A stretch of 64,000 nt of DNA from Octopus sinensis (lineage: Eukaryota): NCBI RefSeq assembly GCF_006345805.1, contig NC_043006.1:30380001-30444000 (forward strand). Direction: 5' to 3'. Position numbers and translations under genes: made by a program. Shown one piece after another: positions 25,355 through 39,700 of the stretch. Under the pieces are notes generated by a model. The model worked only from the letters and a program-made list of their open reading frames with translations. It was not told where the DNA came from and did no database searches. The stretch's first letter is position 1, and the number at the start of each line of letters is the position of its first letter.

Positions 25355-25631
25355 GATATATATATGTGTCTGTGTGTGTGCTCACATGAAGAGAGGACTA
25401 GACATTGTCCAACTATTGTGCAAGATAAAATAAACCAAAGCTCTTTATCAAGTTGAAAGAAGAAACATTACAAATTTGTTGCTGGTAGATTAATAAGATT
25501 TAACAAAAAAAAAATGAGAATTATATTGGTTAAAGTTTAATAGTCTTTACAAAATCTTACAAACAAGAAAACAAGTGGGCACCAATTTTGAAGAGTGTTT
25601 AATTCCTGGGTGAAATGTCTGAGATTTTTGT

Positions 25632-25678
25632 TCATGATTTTGGAATACCTTGTAATGTTAATACGAGACTTCTTGAAC
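25632..25678 (-). CDS. yjbQ: YjbQ-like exon 7 coding part (SRSLVLTLQGIPKS*)
   Basis: ttcacag| acceptor with long pyrimidine tract, TGA stop. Confidence 0.87.
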
Positions 25679-28600
25679 CTGTGAATAGAACAAGAAATGA
25701 AAATTAACAAAAAGATATATATGAGGAAGACTGCATTTGGTAAAGTCATTTTTTAATTTAGTAAATGTATTTATCATTGTTAATCCACTTTTTATAGCAT
25801 CGAAATTATTTGTTGGCTGACTATGAATGAGGTCTTTGATAGGACAGTAATTATCAATGGCACATATGTTTAATAATTCCCAAGAGTGACTCTGCATAAT
25901 TACAATAATCAAATCTCTTGACAAATTATACAAGAAAGTACTGAAAGTAATTCATTCTGCTTTTTAGAAATCAAATCACAGCATAACGTGATCCCAGTGA
26001 AACAGATATTATATTAAAGAGCTAATATGATAGATTTCCTGTTGTGTGAAAAATCCATCATACTGTGTAAAGGGAATGTAAAATTGTGTAAGAAAGACAG
26101 ATATATGCTGCTGGCAAGTACACACATACAATCACAAATATTATTGGTAGATATACAGACAATAATTCTGTGTGTATGTTAGAAAGAGAGGGAGAATATT
26201 CCATTAGCTGTGTATAACATTTGTTTGGTGATTTACCATGAGTTTTAACAAGTCATTTCCATGAAAATTGAACATCTAGCTCCCTATCTCTTCTATTGTC
26301 TATAAATAAGCATGTTCCTCACTTCCTTTGTAAAATGTGCTAAGCAGTTACTTTCTAGTTTTTCCAACTCTATAACAATATGTTCAATATCTCTCTTTGT
26401 AAGAGATATGATCCAGTATATCCTGGATAAATGGTCTATAATATCAAATACTTCTTAAATTCTCTCCAAGATGGAGTTTGGCTTGTTGTGGCAGACAGTG
26501 ATCATTGTGCATGAGAGAAAGAATAGAATGAAAAGAGGCACATTTGGAAAAGGGACAGAGAGGAGAAGAAGTAAGAATTAGGAATAAAGAGAGGAGAATC
26601 AGGAATGATGAGAAGCATTAATTCAAAAAGGAAAGGAAATAATGCGAAAATGGAACTATAATGATGAAGGTGAAGCTAATTGGAAACTAATGAGAATTCT
26701 TAATCAAGAAATGAAGGATGATGACAGGTTAAGAATATTTCATACAAACAAGAATGAGAAAACAGGTTGGAAGAGGAAACAGGATCAAAGAGAACAGACA
26801 AGATTTTCAAGAAATTAATCAAAATGACAGGATATTATTATCAAGTGGGAAGGATGTTTAGGGCCCGAGACTGGACAACAGAAATGAACTGTGGAAGAAT
26901 TTCCACAGGTTCTACTAATTAGAGATATTCTGCTGCCTTCAATGGCACAGTTTGCCTTTTTCCTTTCTGTCAAGTAATTGACCATTTATAGCAGAAGTCT
27001 GTGAGATAAATAGGCATAGCAATGTGGTTTCAGGTTCAGTCCCACTGCACAGCACCGTGAACTAATACCTTCTACTATAGCTAAGGGCTGACCAAAAGCT
27101 GATGTGTGGATTTTAACAGAAGGAAACTGAAAGAAACTCATTACGCAGAAAAAGCACCCAGTACATTCTGTAAAGTGGTTGGAATTAGGAAGGGCATCCA
27201 ACCATAGAAACCATACCAAAGCAGATATTTTGAGCTTGATGCAGTCTTTAGATCTATAGGATCCTGTCAAACTCTTCAATTCATGCCAGCATTAAACAGG
27301 GATGTTGAATGAAAGTGTGTGTATGTATTTCTCAAGTCCATGCATGTTCGTTTGCTGGTTTGTAAGCCAATGGCTTTGCTCAAAATGTTATTTAGTTGAA
27401 ATTCCCTGCAAAAAATTGTCTTGATATGTTGCATGATCTTTGGAAACAAAAGAAGATTCAGTTCACTGCATCAACATAACCCACACCACCAGATGTTTTA
27501 AGCATCTCAGCGGTGATTCCTGATGGACCAGGGGCTTTTCCTGGCTTCATACCCTTAATTACTTCATCTACGAGGGTGCTGTCTATTCGGATAGCTGGTC
27601 CCTCTACTGGATCAACATTTGGCAGGCTCTCCTCCTCCCATTCATTCTCCATGTTCAGCAGCCTTTCATAATGGCTTCTCCAAGCCTCTTTTCTGAATCA
27701 TTAAAAGCAAGTGCACCATCATCTGTGTGGACACATTTCTCTCCTGTGACATCACAATTGTCTCTCACACACTGTCTTGCAATCCGAAATACTTCAGTTC
27801 TTTGGTCCTCACATTGCTGGACATTGGCAAACTTCTTTTCTGCTTCGCCCTTGGCTATGTATACCTGTCACCCAGCCTCCCTTTTGGCTATCTGGTACAG
27901 TTCCCTGCTACCTCCACCCTTCCAGGCTTTCCAGGCCTGTTTCTTTGCTCTGATGGCTTTGTCTAGTGTATTATTCCACTACCACATTACTCTAGGTCTG
28001 TAAGGGACTTTGCACCATCTGCAGACTTAGTCTGTAGCACTCAGTAAGCTGTCCCATAGGAATTTCCAGCTACTTTCTATGTCCGAGGACTGTAGCTCCT
28101 CCTCTCTCTCATCAAATTTCTTGATGAGGATGTCCATAAATCTTTGACTATGTGAAGGGTTCTTTAGTTTCCAAATCGTTCTCTGGATTGATCTGCTTCT
28201 TGGCATCCTTCTGGTCTCGAGTCGAAAGTCACTAATGACTAGTCTATGCTGGGGAGTGCATTCCTCACTTGGGAGGGTCTTTGTATTTAAGAGCAACCCT
28301 GTATCCCGCTGTCTGGTGAGGATGAAATCAATCTGGCTAGCAGAATCACCTGATTGATATGTTATCAGGTGGCTGTCTGGCTTCCTGAACTTAGTGTTGC
28401 AGATTAAAAGGTTACATGCATCACAGAACTCCAGTAGCCTAGTTTCCTCATTGTTTCGGGAACCAATACCATGGCCCCCATGTACACCAGTGAAGATACC
28501 AGATTCCCGCCCAACATGCCCATTAAAATCTCCAGCCGCAAAGATCTTTGAGGTAGCCTTTAGAAGGATTTCATAAAAATGGTCCTTCTCGTCATTTGGT

Positions 28601-30675
28601 AGTCCCACTTGTGGGGCATAGGCAAAGACAATTGTAGCTGTGCTGTTCTGCAGGACTAGCCTGAGCTTAAGCACTCTATTGCATACCCTGACAACCTCTA
28701 TGACCTTATCCACCCATTTCTCAACAAGGAGTATGCTGTTATAGATTTAAGTATCTCGTTTTTGACAGAAATTAGTGGAGGGGGGGGGCGATAGACTCAT
28801 GAGTAAAGGTGTGGGTAGAAGGACCGTGTGTGGGGAGATTCTGAACAATCTTGTCCTGGGAGTTCAAGACTGATCAGGATGTAGGTAAGATTCTTTATTT
28901 TTTATTTGTTTGTTTCATCAAGGATGTTAAAAAAAAATAGCTGCAGATAGAGATTGAAACCTCTATCTTCATACTAGATTATTAATTAAATTATCAACCT
29001 TTTTACCTATTAGGCCATCAAAGCAACAGCTGTAAAAGCAGCTTAAAAATGAGATATTTAAATCTATTTTTATTTTTGACCAGACACTTATAGATTTAAG
29101 TATCTCATTTTTTATAGCAATTAACGGGGGGATGGGCAATAGAGTCATGAGTAAAGGAGTGTGTAGATGAACAGTGTGAAGTGAGATTCATGACCTGGGG
29201 TTCAGGTCAGATCAGGGTGTAGGTTAATTTTTTTTTTTTTTGTTGGTTTCATCAAGGATATTAAAAAAAAAAACCCTAATAACAGCTGCACATAGAGATT
29301 GAAACCTCTATCTTCATAGATTTAAGTATCTCATTTTCCACAGAAATTAATGGACTTGTGAGTAAGGGTGCAGATAGATAAACAGTGTGATAGGACAACC
29401 TGCGTAATCTGATATTGGGTTAAAGACAGATCAGAGGTGTGAGTAAAATTTTTCATCTAAATTCTTTTTTTTTTTTGTTTAATCAACAAGAATTTTTTAA
29501 AAAACCCACTTTAATAGTAGTACTAAGTAGAGATTGAAACCTATATCATCTTACAATATTATTGATGTTAATTATCAACACCTTTGTCCAGCAGGGGCCA
29601 TCTCAGCAGCGACAAGGACAAGCTTAAGAGTGGAATATTTGAATCTAGTCTTATTAATGATCTGATGCTGTAATGGATTTAAATATCTCATTTTTCACTG
29701 AACCTGGAAGTGGGGAACCCAGTAAATTAGTGTTTAATGGCATGGTGAGGCAGAACAACAGCTTAGATGGAAGATTTTGTCCATTGTCTAATACTGGGCA
29801 GAGTGGAAATGAAAATTGTATGTCTTTTCCTTTTTTTTATGTCTAGATAATTTTTTTTTAAATGTTAAACCAGCATATTTATAGGACTAGTTGAAACCTC
29901 TACCCACCTATCATGATTACTTACAGGGCATTTACCCACACAACCATCAATTTAAAAATAAGATATTTAAACCCTAACCCTAATTCATCTTATTTTTGAC
30001 AGATGCCTTAAAAGAGGACCTAGTAGGCTAGTGGTTAAAGTTGTGCACAGACAAGGAACTGCAAGACATCCTGACCAAGGTTCAAAACTGATTAAGATGA
30101 AAGTAAAACTTTGTACTTTTTTTTTTTTCTATCATCTTCAGAAAATTTTTTTAAATATTCTTAAAGACCAGCTGTCATTCCAACCAAAGTCTTGTAAGTG
30201 GATTTTGGAGACCAAAACTGAAAGAAGCCTTTCGTGTGTATATATTTAACTGTAAAAAAGGGCAAAAAACAAATTTTCTATGCCGTTATGCTGAAAAATA
30301 AACCTTGGATCGTCTAACCACACACAATATTTTTCACTATAGTTACACAGTGTATTGAAATGAGGAAAGCAAGCTAACTGAAAATTTTTTCCCCCGAATC
30401 AAACTGATTTCCTTCATCAGTGATATATATATATATATATATCATCATCGTTTAGCGTTTGCTTTCCATGCTAGCATGGGTTGGACGGTTCAACTGCGGT
30501 CTGGGAAGCCAGAAGGCTGCACCAGGCCCAGTCTGATCTGGCAATGTTTCTACAGCTGGATGCCCTTCCTAACGCCAACCACTCCATGAGTGTAGTGGGT
30601 GCTTTTTACGTGCCACCAGCATGGAGGCCAGGTGAGGCTGGCAACGGCCACGATCGGATGGTGCTTTTTACGTGC

Positions 30676-30724
<49 letters not shown>

Positions 30725-33700
30725 CTATCTGTCTGCTGCCTGTCTATCTATGTATCTGTCTGTCTGTCTGATTACCTCTCCATCCATCCATCTTTCTATC
30801 TGTTTGTCTACCTTTCTCTTAACTTGGTTATTTGATAAAAGCAATAAATGAAATAACAGAAAGACTTGTCAGCAATTTTGATTTGTTTACACTTGCCTCA
30901 ATAGGTCTTTGCAAGCAAAGTTCATTGTCCAATGAATGAGTGGTACTCATAAGTGGGCTGGTTATACCCCACATTCGGATGTACTTTTAATGTTCCACTG
31001 GCATGAGTGCCAATCAGGCGGTACTGCCATCAGCAATTTTGATTTTGATTTCACTTGCCTCAATGTCTTCACAAGCAAGGTTTATTGTCCAATGAATGAG
31101 GGGTATTCATAAATGGGCTGGTTACACCCACTGGCATAGGCCATGAGCTATGGTCTCACTTGGCTTGTTGGGTCTTCTCAAGCACAGCATATTTCCAAAG
31201 GTCCCGGTCACAAGTCATTGCTTCAGTAAGGCCCAATGTTTGAAGGTCATGCTTCACCACCTCATCCCAGGTCTTCCTGGGTCTACTTCTTCCACAGGTT
31301 TTCTCAACTGCTAGGGTGTGACACTTCTTCACACAGCTGTCCTCATTCATTCGCAACACATGACCATACCAGCACAGTCGTCTCTCTTGTACACCACATT
31401 TGATGCTTCTTAAATCCAACTTTTCTCTCAAGGTACTTACTCTGTTGTGTATACACACTGATATTACACATCCATCAGAGCATACTGGCTTCATTCCTTG
31501 CGAGCCTACTAATGTCCTCAGCAGTCACGGCCCATTTTTCACTGCAATGTAGCATGGCTGTTCGTACACATGCGTCATACTGTCTACCTTTTACTCTGAG
31601 CGAGAGGCCCTTTGTCACCAGTAGTGATAGGAGCTCTCTGAACTTTGCCCAGATTATTCTTATTCTAACATTTACACTTTCAGAGCATCCACCCCTGCTA
31701 CTGACTTGGTTACTTAGGTAATGGAAGCTATCAACTGCTTCTAGTTTTTCTCCCTGGAATATGACAGAAGTTGTTCTCTGCACATTTCCAGTGTTTATTG
31801 TTCCTGTCCTCATAACTTATAGCTGTTTTAATCATGAACAACAGAAGTTTATTCTGAAAGCCATTCTTTATCTACCAGCAGGCACTAAAACCCCTGCCTC
31901 TACTAATATATTATTATTCAAATTACAGTTTTATCCCTCCTCAAGTCCCCTTCTACTCTTTAATCGTCCTTACTCACGTAAAGCAATGTCCTTTCTTCAT
32001 TTTACATTTTTATTTTCAAACTGAGGGTATAATGCTTTGCTTAGTTGATATGATCAATGAATCAGAAAGATCAGCTGAACGATGTTGGTGAAGTCTACAT
32101 CAAATAATGTAACATAACAAAATAGAACAGAGATAGTCACTTACTTGCATGGTCTCGATGTTCAAACAACCATAATCCTTGCCAAGTTCCAAGGTTAAGC
32201 TTGCCTTCAGTTACAGGTATAGAGAGATTACTGCCGATAAATGCTGCTTTGATATGAGCAGGCTGTTGACGAAAGACAAGAATTTGTAGGTATCGGTATG
32301 TATGTCACCATCATCATCATTTAATGTCTATTTGTAAAAACACACACACACAAGACATACACATAATAACAAGTTATATTTTCAAACATAGAAGCCTCTA
32401 GTTCCAATTCTGATTTTGCATATGCTATGGACACATAAAAGGTGCAGCAATATCAAGGGAAGGCTAACTGGGAAGATAGATTTTGTGGGTGGCAAATGCA
32501 CAGGGGCAATAAACACTGAAAATGTGCAGAAAAAAAATGTCCATCAAATGCCAGGAGGAAAAACTAGAAGTAGTTGATGGCTTCCGTTACCTAGGTGACC
32601 AAGTCAGTAGCAGGGCTGGATGCTATGAGAGTGTAGCTGCTAGAATAAGAATAGCCTGGGTAAAGTTCAGGGAGCTCCTACCTCTGCTGGTGACAAAGGG
32701 CCTCTCACTCAGAGTGAAAGGTAGACTGTATGATGCATGTGTGCAAACAGCCATGAAACATGGGCTGTGACTGATGAGGACATGTGCAAGCTTGCAAGGA
32801 ATGAATCCAGTATGCTCCACTGGATGTGTAATATGTCAGTGTGCATACACAAGAGAGTGTAAGTGCCCTGAGAGACAGGTTGGACATAAGAAGCATTAGA
32901 TGTGGTGTGCAAGAGAGACGACTGTGCTGGTATGGTCATGTGTTGCATATGGAAGAGGATAGCTGTGTAGAAAAGTGTCACACCCTAGCAGTAGAGGGAA
33001 CCTGCGGAAGAGGTAGACTCAGGAAGACATGGGATGAGGTGGTGAAGCACGACCTTCGAACATTGGGCTTCTTTGAGGCAATGACAAGTGACCAAGACCT
33101 TTGCAGATATGCTGTGCTTGAGAAGACCCAACAAGCCAAGTGAGACTGTAACTGTGGCCTATGCCAGTCCAGCATAACCGGCCCATTTAAGAGTACCCTT
33201 CAATCATTGGGCAATAAACTGCACTTGCAAAGATCTGTAGAGTCAAGTGAAGTCATTGTCATGGCCAATGACAGTACCACCTGATAGGCACATAAAAAGC
33301 ACCATTCGCGCCTAGTTATTGCCAGTGCCGCTTGACTTGTTCCTGTGCCGGTGGCACATAAAAAGCACCATTCAAGTGAGGTCATTTCCAGTGCCGCCAG
33401 ACTGGCCCTCGTGCCAGTGACATGTAAAAAGCACCTACTATACTCTTGGAGTGGTTGTCGTTAGGAATGGCATCCAGCTGTAGAAACTTTGCCAGATTAG
33501 ATTGGAGCCTGGTGCAGCCTTCTGCTTTGCCAGCCCTCGGTCAAACCATCCAACCCATGCCAGTATGGAAAACGGACATTAGCGAGAAACAGTAAATAAA
33601 AAGTTATTTGTTTCAACAATTCCTGTGCATTTCATGTCTAGAAGAAAGTTACAGAACTAACAAGAATCAAATAAATAGATTTAAAAGAGTAAAATGTGAA

Positions 33701-36700
33701 ATCTGTGTTAAACAGAAATAACAAACGGGAATCACAGTTGTCAGAGTTGACTGTGGGTAGTTTAAATGGTGAAGGTCAGACGGATTCTATCTTGTTATCA
33801 GGGCAGCACTGTATCTCTGGAAGAGTCACCCTCACTGATTTGAATCAAATCTTCAAGACTATATGAAAGTCACTAATTAGTTGGTCAACCTGCTAGTAAT
33901 AGCAGACAAATCTCCCTCGAATAATAGCATACAGTCTCAAAAGAAACAACAACTGTTGGTTAGTGGAGTTGTGGCTATATAAAATATGGGATGGTTGCAG
34001 TGTTGGAATGTCCTTGATCATAAACCTATTCAACAAGATTTAACCTGGAGCTAAACAAGAACATCATCATCAAATTTACTTTGCAATGAAGCAACACAAT
34101 CCTTTCAATCAAGTGTTTTGGGAATAATTCATTTGTATGTTTCCATGCAGCTCCAAGACAATAAAGAATGGTCACCCTACTATGTTTTATCTTTAAATCA
34201 CTATTAAAGTGGTCAGTATTCTTTGTGTGTATGTGGTGGGGGGGGGCGGTTAATCTAATGAAATCCTTTGCTTGTCCTATTCAGTATTTTCAAATGGAAT
34301 TCATTCTTTTTTACATCATTTCAATATTCTACAACTATTTATTGGATAATTCTGTTGGAAGACATATTTCTTTGTTTGCTTCTGTGAACCATGAAGCCAA
34401 ATACCATTCCCATTTCAGATTTCAAAGGTCAGCAACAACAAGAACAACAACAATGTCCAAACTATGAAAACATGATGCTGCAACAATTCTTCTGCAATAA
34501 TCTCATCTCTGTAAGCAAAGAAAGAGATTTTGATAAAGGACTTTTTCCTTTTTTTTTTTTATTATTTCTTCTCTTGCAACTTTGGCAACCTCACCGATGC
34601 CAATGGCATAAAAAAGTTCTCAGTAAACACTGTAAAGTGGTTGGTATTAGGAAGGGCATCCAGCTGCAGAAACCATGCCAAAAGTGACATTTGAGTTCAG
34701 CACAGCCCTGCAGCTACAGAGATCCTATCAAACAGTCCAACCCATGCCAGCAAGGAAAACAGAGAACTGTTTTCCTTGCTGTTTTTCACTCATTACACTG
34801 TGGCCATATTGGAGCACAGCTTTCAAGGGTTTTCATTGACCACAACGATTCCAGTTTGGTACTTATTTTATCTTTGTTTATCAAACTGTTAAGTTATGGA
34901 ACATAGAAACACACACATAGATTTATGCAGATGAGGTTCTAGAAGGGAGATGCCAAAGTGCTGGTCTGTGGTACTGAAACCATAAACCCAACCCATACTT
35001 CAAAAGAAAACGTTATATGAAATTATTTACCATGTCATCAGGTCCTTCACATGAGTGTTTATATGGAATATTCTAGAATCAAAAAATAGAATTTAAAAAT
35101 AAATAAATAAACCATAAATTGGTAAATGGATACAATGTACACAAACAATATTACATCAACAGAAAATGTCTTTAGTCAATGGTGTTAAGGTAAAACAGTT
35201 GAACAGACAAAGTATTGAATGATTGATTTGTGGCTATTAGCTCCATACAAGTATTACATTCTTTCTTTGAGAAGCATATTTAATCTTTTATTGCCTCAGG
35301 TGCCTAGTGATCATAAATATGTACCAAACTTCCTGCTAATGTTGCCAACAAGAGATGCATTTTATCCACGAAGAAATTTATTTCTCTTCCACTTTCAGCC
35401 AAGCTTAAAAGCCAGAAACACTCATCTGGGAATCCATTAGATGGAACCACAGGGAAGGTTGTTTTTACACCTTTTAAGATAAGAGACAATATTTTCTCCT
35501 CAGTAACTGCAGTGAATTTGCCTTTAGAAGCTAAACTCAGTCACAAATATATTTTGACTCACCAAAAGTTCAACTTTATTAGTTTGTCTCATCTTTTATG
35601 CAATAAGCGTTTGGCATTGAGGCAATAGTATTTGGACGGTTTGTTAATATCAGCAAGAACAGCCACAAAAACAAAGAAACTTCCCATTTTCCTACAATTC
35701 TTTATAACATTACAGAACTCTTAATTGCAAAGAAATAAAACAACCATAAAATCAAACTCACCTCAGGTATAGCACGGTTCAAGAACATTTCCATATCAAC
35801 TCTATACAATGAAAAAAAAAAAGAAAAAAGGTTTATCTTTTTATCATGTCTCCAACTTCTGAAACCTCAATACAACAACATTTAATTCACCAAACAGCAA
35901 TGGAACTGCCTCTATACAAAAATCCTGCAGTGCCCTGAAGACGCAGAAAACTCTTATGAACTCAAACCACATTAATTTTCCTCAGCAATATTTCATGACT
36001 GGATGCTTTTCCTGTTGCCAAACCTTTTGGTTCCCTCTTAAGTTATGCAGGGATATGTTGTACCGATTCTAAAAACAAGAGGCAAGGCTTTCTTCTTGTT
36101 TATATTTCATATGCATCAATGAAGGCAACTTCTTTGTTGACATCAGGAATCTGGACTGAAGGTTTTGGGTAGAATATTTTTTTGCTTTTAGTTTACTCTT
36201 TGTGAAAATGGGACAACACTTTTATGGCAATGTGGGGGAGGAGGTAACACTAATCATGTGTCTGTCTCTGTATACACAGACTTCCACTTCTTGATGCATG
36301 CTGCCAGCCTCCACCCCATCTACACCACTTCAACAGTAGACTTTCTCTTGCCATCAGTGTCTTTGCAGACATTACCACACCCAGAATACAAACAATCAGA
36401 ACAAATACTGCAAGAAGGCCTATCCAACTAATTTGGCCGATTCTAAATCTTTGTCAACAGGAATAACTGGTCAGTAATGTCTCCAAAGAAGTGAATAAGT
36501 CCAAGAACAGCTTCTAAGTACTTCTTAGCCACAGCCTCTACACAAACAGGGATCAATTGATTACCATGCTGAATAATTCCAATTATTTACATTAATATGA
36601 AGACTTTCAACAGCTTTAGCACCTATATCTGTGTGTGTGTGTGTGTAATCTTTATAAGTAAGAACATTATCAACATCGTTTCCAACATCATCATGTCCAT

Positions 36701-39700
36701 TTACTCTCTGAAGCATAATGATGGATCTTTAATGCCACGTAGAAGACTTATCCATCTTAAAATACCCACTAATATATTTATCATGACTTCTCTCATCTCA
36801 GAACATATTCTATCTGCTGAAATGTTCCCTTTTAATATCTTTTGCCTCCACATACTTTATAATCTCCACACATTCTGAAATCTCCATCTGATTTATGCTC
36901 AACAACTAAAAGAATCACCCAGTTCCTCTTTTCAGGAGAAACTTTGTCCAAAACATTTCAGCTTTTGTTATAATATGCTACAACAATATTAGCATAACAA
37001 TAATGTCGCAGTCATAGAGGCACAATGGCCCAAATAGGAATTTGGATTTTCTCTTTCTGTGAGGATGTGTGACCTAGTGGTTAGGGTGCTGAACTCACAA
37101 CCACAAGATCTTGGTTTCAATTCCCAGACCAAGTAATGCATTGTGTTCTTCAACAAAACACTTTGTGTTCACACTGTCCACTTGCAACAAACTGACATCC
37201 CCTTCAAAGGGAAGCTGGCCCTAAGAGTCCTGGGATGCAAGACATCACTTACTATCTTACAAGGTGGTATCAGCTAACAATCAAATCCAATTCACAGACT
37301 TTATTTGCTGCAAATTTAATCCATTTCTGTGATATTCAAAGCACAAGAACCTCTCCAGGTAGGCAAACTGCCATGACATATAGATACATTGTGGAGGCGC
37401 AATGACCCAGTGGTTAGGGCAGCTGACTTGCAGTTTCGATTCCCAGACCGGGCATTGTGAGTGTTTATTGAGCAAAGCGTGTTGTACTCTTTCGCTACAA
37501 CTTTCTTCCTGTTTCTGTTGTACCTGTATTTCAAAGGGCCAGTCTTGTCACACTCTGTGTCACAGCAACTTGCATGTTAATTTCACAAGCAGGCTGTTCT
37601 GTTGATTGGATGAACTGGAACCCTTGTCGTTGTAACCGACAGAGTGCCACGGTAGATACAGTAACTTAAATTGGAATGGAAAATTCTTAAAAATTATTCT
37701 AAATTTAGACCAGATTAAGTAATTCAAATTGTAAGTCCCTCTCAACAACAATATTTATCATTATTTTTATTATTATTATTATTATCATTACCATTCTATT
37801 GTTCTTGAACATCCATTGTAAAAAGGTCTTAATTCCCTAGAGACTAGGTATTGTGGAGCAAAACCATTTTTCTTTTCTAACAGAATCTGAAGAAATTTCA
37901 ACCAAATTTAAGAAAATAAAACTTGATTTCAATGATATAAAAATTACACAAATGTATTTGAAGGCATGAAAATAAACTTACCGCACATCAGAATCCCAAT
38001 TCTGCAAGAGGTAAAAAAGGGAAATTATAGTTCCAAGAAAATATAAACAATTATATCAAAACAAAACTAATTCCATCATAGACATCTCTACATGTTAGTC
38101 ATTTCTCCAAAACATTTTATTCATTTATTTATATCCAAAGCCGTTGTTATTTAGATCTAAGTCAGTCCTTATGATCAAAAGCATTCCGGTCATAACCACC
38201 CTGTCTGTTTTTGGTTTTTTTCCAGACATAGTACATCCAGGATTACTCTTTTCAATTTTCTGCTACTTTTAGCAAGTCAAGCAACTGCTTAAAGATTCCC
38301 TTTATTGCTTGTGCATCTGAAATAGTTTTTTTTTTTTATGGTGGAAAGGAGTGTTTTGTAGCCATACTCCATTTCTCACTGAATTCAACCTTCTAGTCAA
38401 ACTAATTTCATGTCAATAGGTAAGAGGTATGTCGTGCCATCCTGGAGCAAACATACACACACACCACACACTGCTGTCTCTGTTAAAATGACCATCAGCT
38501 GATTAAATTAATCACAAGACTTCGTCAGGTATACAACAGCAAAACCTTTACTCAAAACTTCTCTGTTGTTCTCTCATCTCTCCCCAACTTTTTTATTCCA
38601 TAGAGAATACAGAACATGTCAAGGTGCATCAGGGATTATTTCACTTGGATGTAATAACAAAAGTTTTGGCTGAGTGAGATTCAGTTCAAAACCACAAACA
38701 AACAAATGCCTCTCTCTCTTTCTGACAACAATCATTGCCTGAAACATTACCTTTTCCTTTCTTGATTCATGATTATCACCATCATTTAATGTCCATTGTC
38801 CATGCTGGTATAGGTTGGACAGTTTAACCACAGCTGGTAAGCTGGGAGGCTGCATAGACTCCAGTTTGATTTGGCATGGTTTTCTATGGCTGGATACCCT
38901 TCCTAACGCCAACCACTCCAAGAGTGTAAGGAGAGCTTTTACATGCCATTGGCACAGGTGCCATTTGCAGGACACTGGTATCTGCCACGACTGCGATTTT
39001 GCTTGGCTTAATGAGTCTTTTTCTCAAGCACGACATAATGCCAAAGGTCTTGGTCATTGCCTCCATGGGGCCCAACGCTCAAAAAGAAATCAAACAGTGC
39101 TTTTTATGTACCACTGGCATGCGTACCAGTTATGTGACACCAACACCAGCCATTGCAACAATTTCGCTTGGCTTGACAGGTCTTCTCAAGCACAGCATAT
39201 TGCCAAAGGTCTCAGTCACTAGTCATTGCCTCTTTGAGGCTCAAATTTCAAAGATAAGAAAGAAAATTATATCCTTTTTTTTTCTTTCTTTTCTTTTAAA
39301 ACATTTGTAAATTACACAATGCTCCCACTGTATATAACAGTGAAGTTTAAATGGATTTGGATCATCAGTGATATGTAAAAGCACATCACAGAGCCTCGGA
39401 TGGGATCCAAAGAAGTGATTCTCCAATTAATATTCTCCCTCTAACAAGATGCTTTTTCTAACTTTCATTCAGATATTTACAGGTAAAATACAATCTTGTC
39501 TTCAGTCAAATTTTCAGTGATAAAAAAAGCAAATAACTGATAATCCATAATAATAAACTAGATTTCAATATGTAATTTAAACAGAAAATATTTAGCAAGT
39601 TTTAAAATTTAAACATGAAATCTTTTTTGCTAAAATAAATAAAATTCTAATACCAAACATTTCACTTGATCAAAACTTAGATTATAAAATCTAAGTTTTA

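Noticed and set aside
18426-25631. Functional link between OSGEPL1 and YjbQ from adjacency
   Set aside because: They are convergent genes 7.2 kb apart in a eukaryote; adjacency alone is no evidence of a shared pathway.
28950-29900. Recurrent ATTGAAAC resembling the 3' end of CRISPR repeats
   Set aside because: Only four copies at irregular 230-360-bp spacing, embedded in longer homologous units; no cas genes; eukaryotic context.
30031-30249. Duplicated 72-aa ORF (also 53680-53895) suggesting a conserved small gene
   Set aside because: Similarity is explained by the recent DNA duplication; the copies differ by a poly-T length change and the ATG is present in neither (GTG start).
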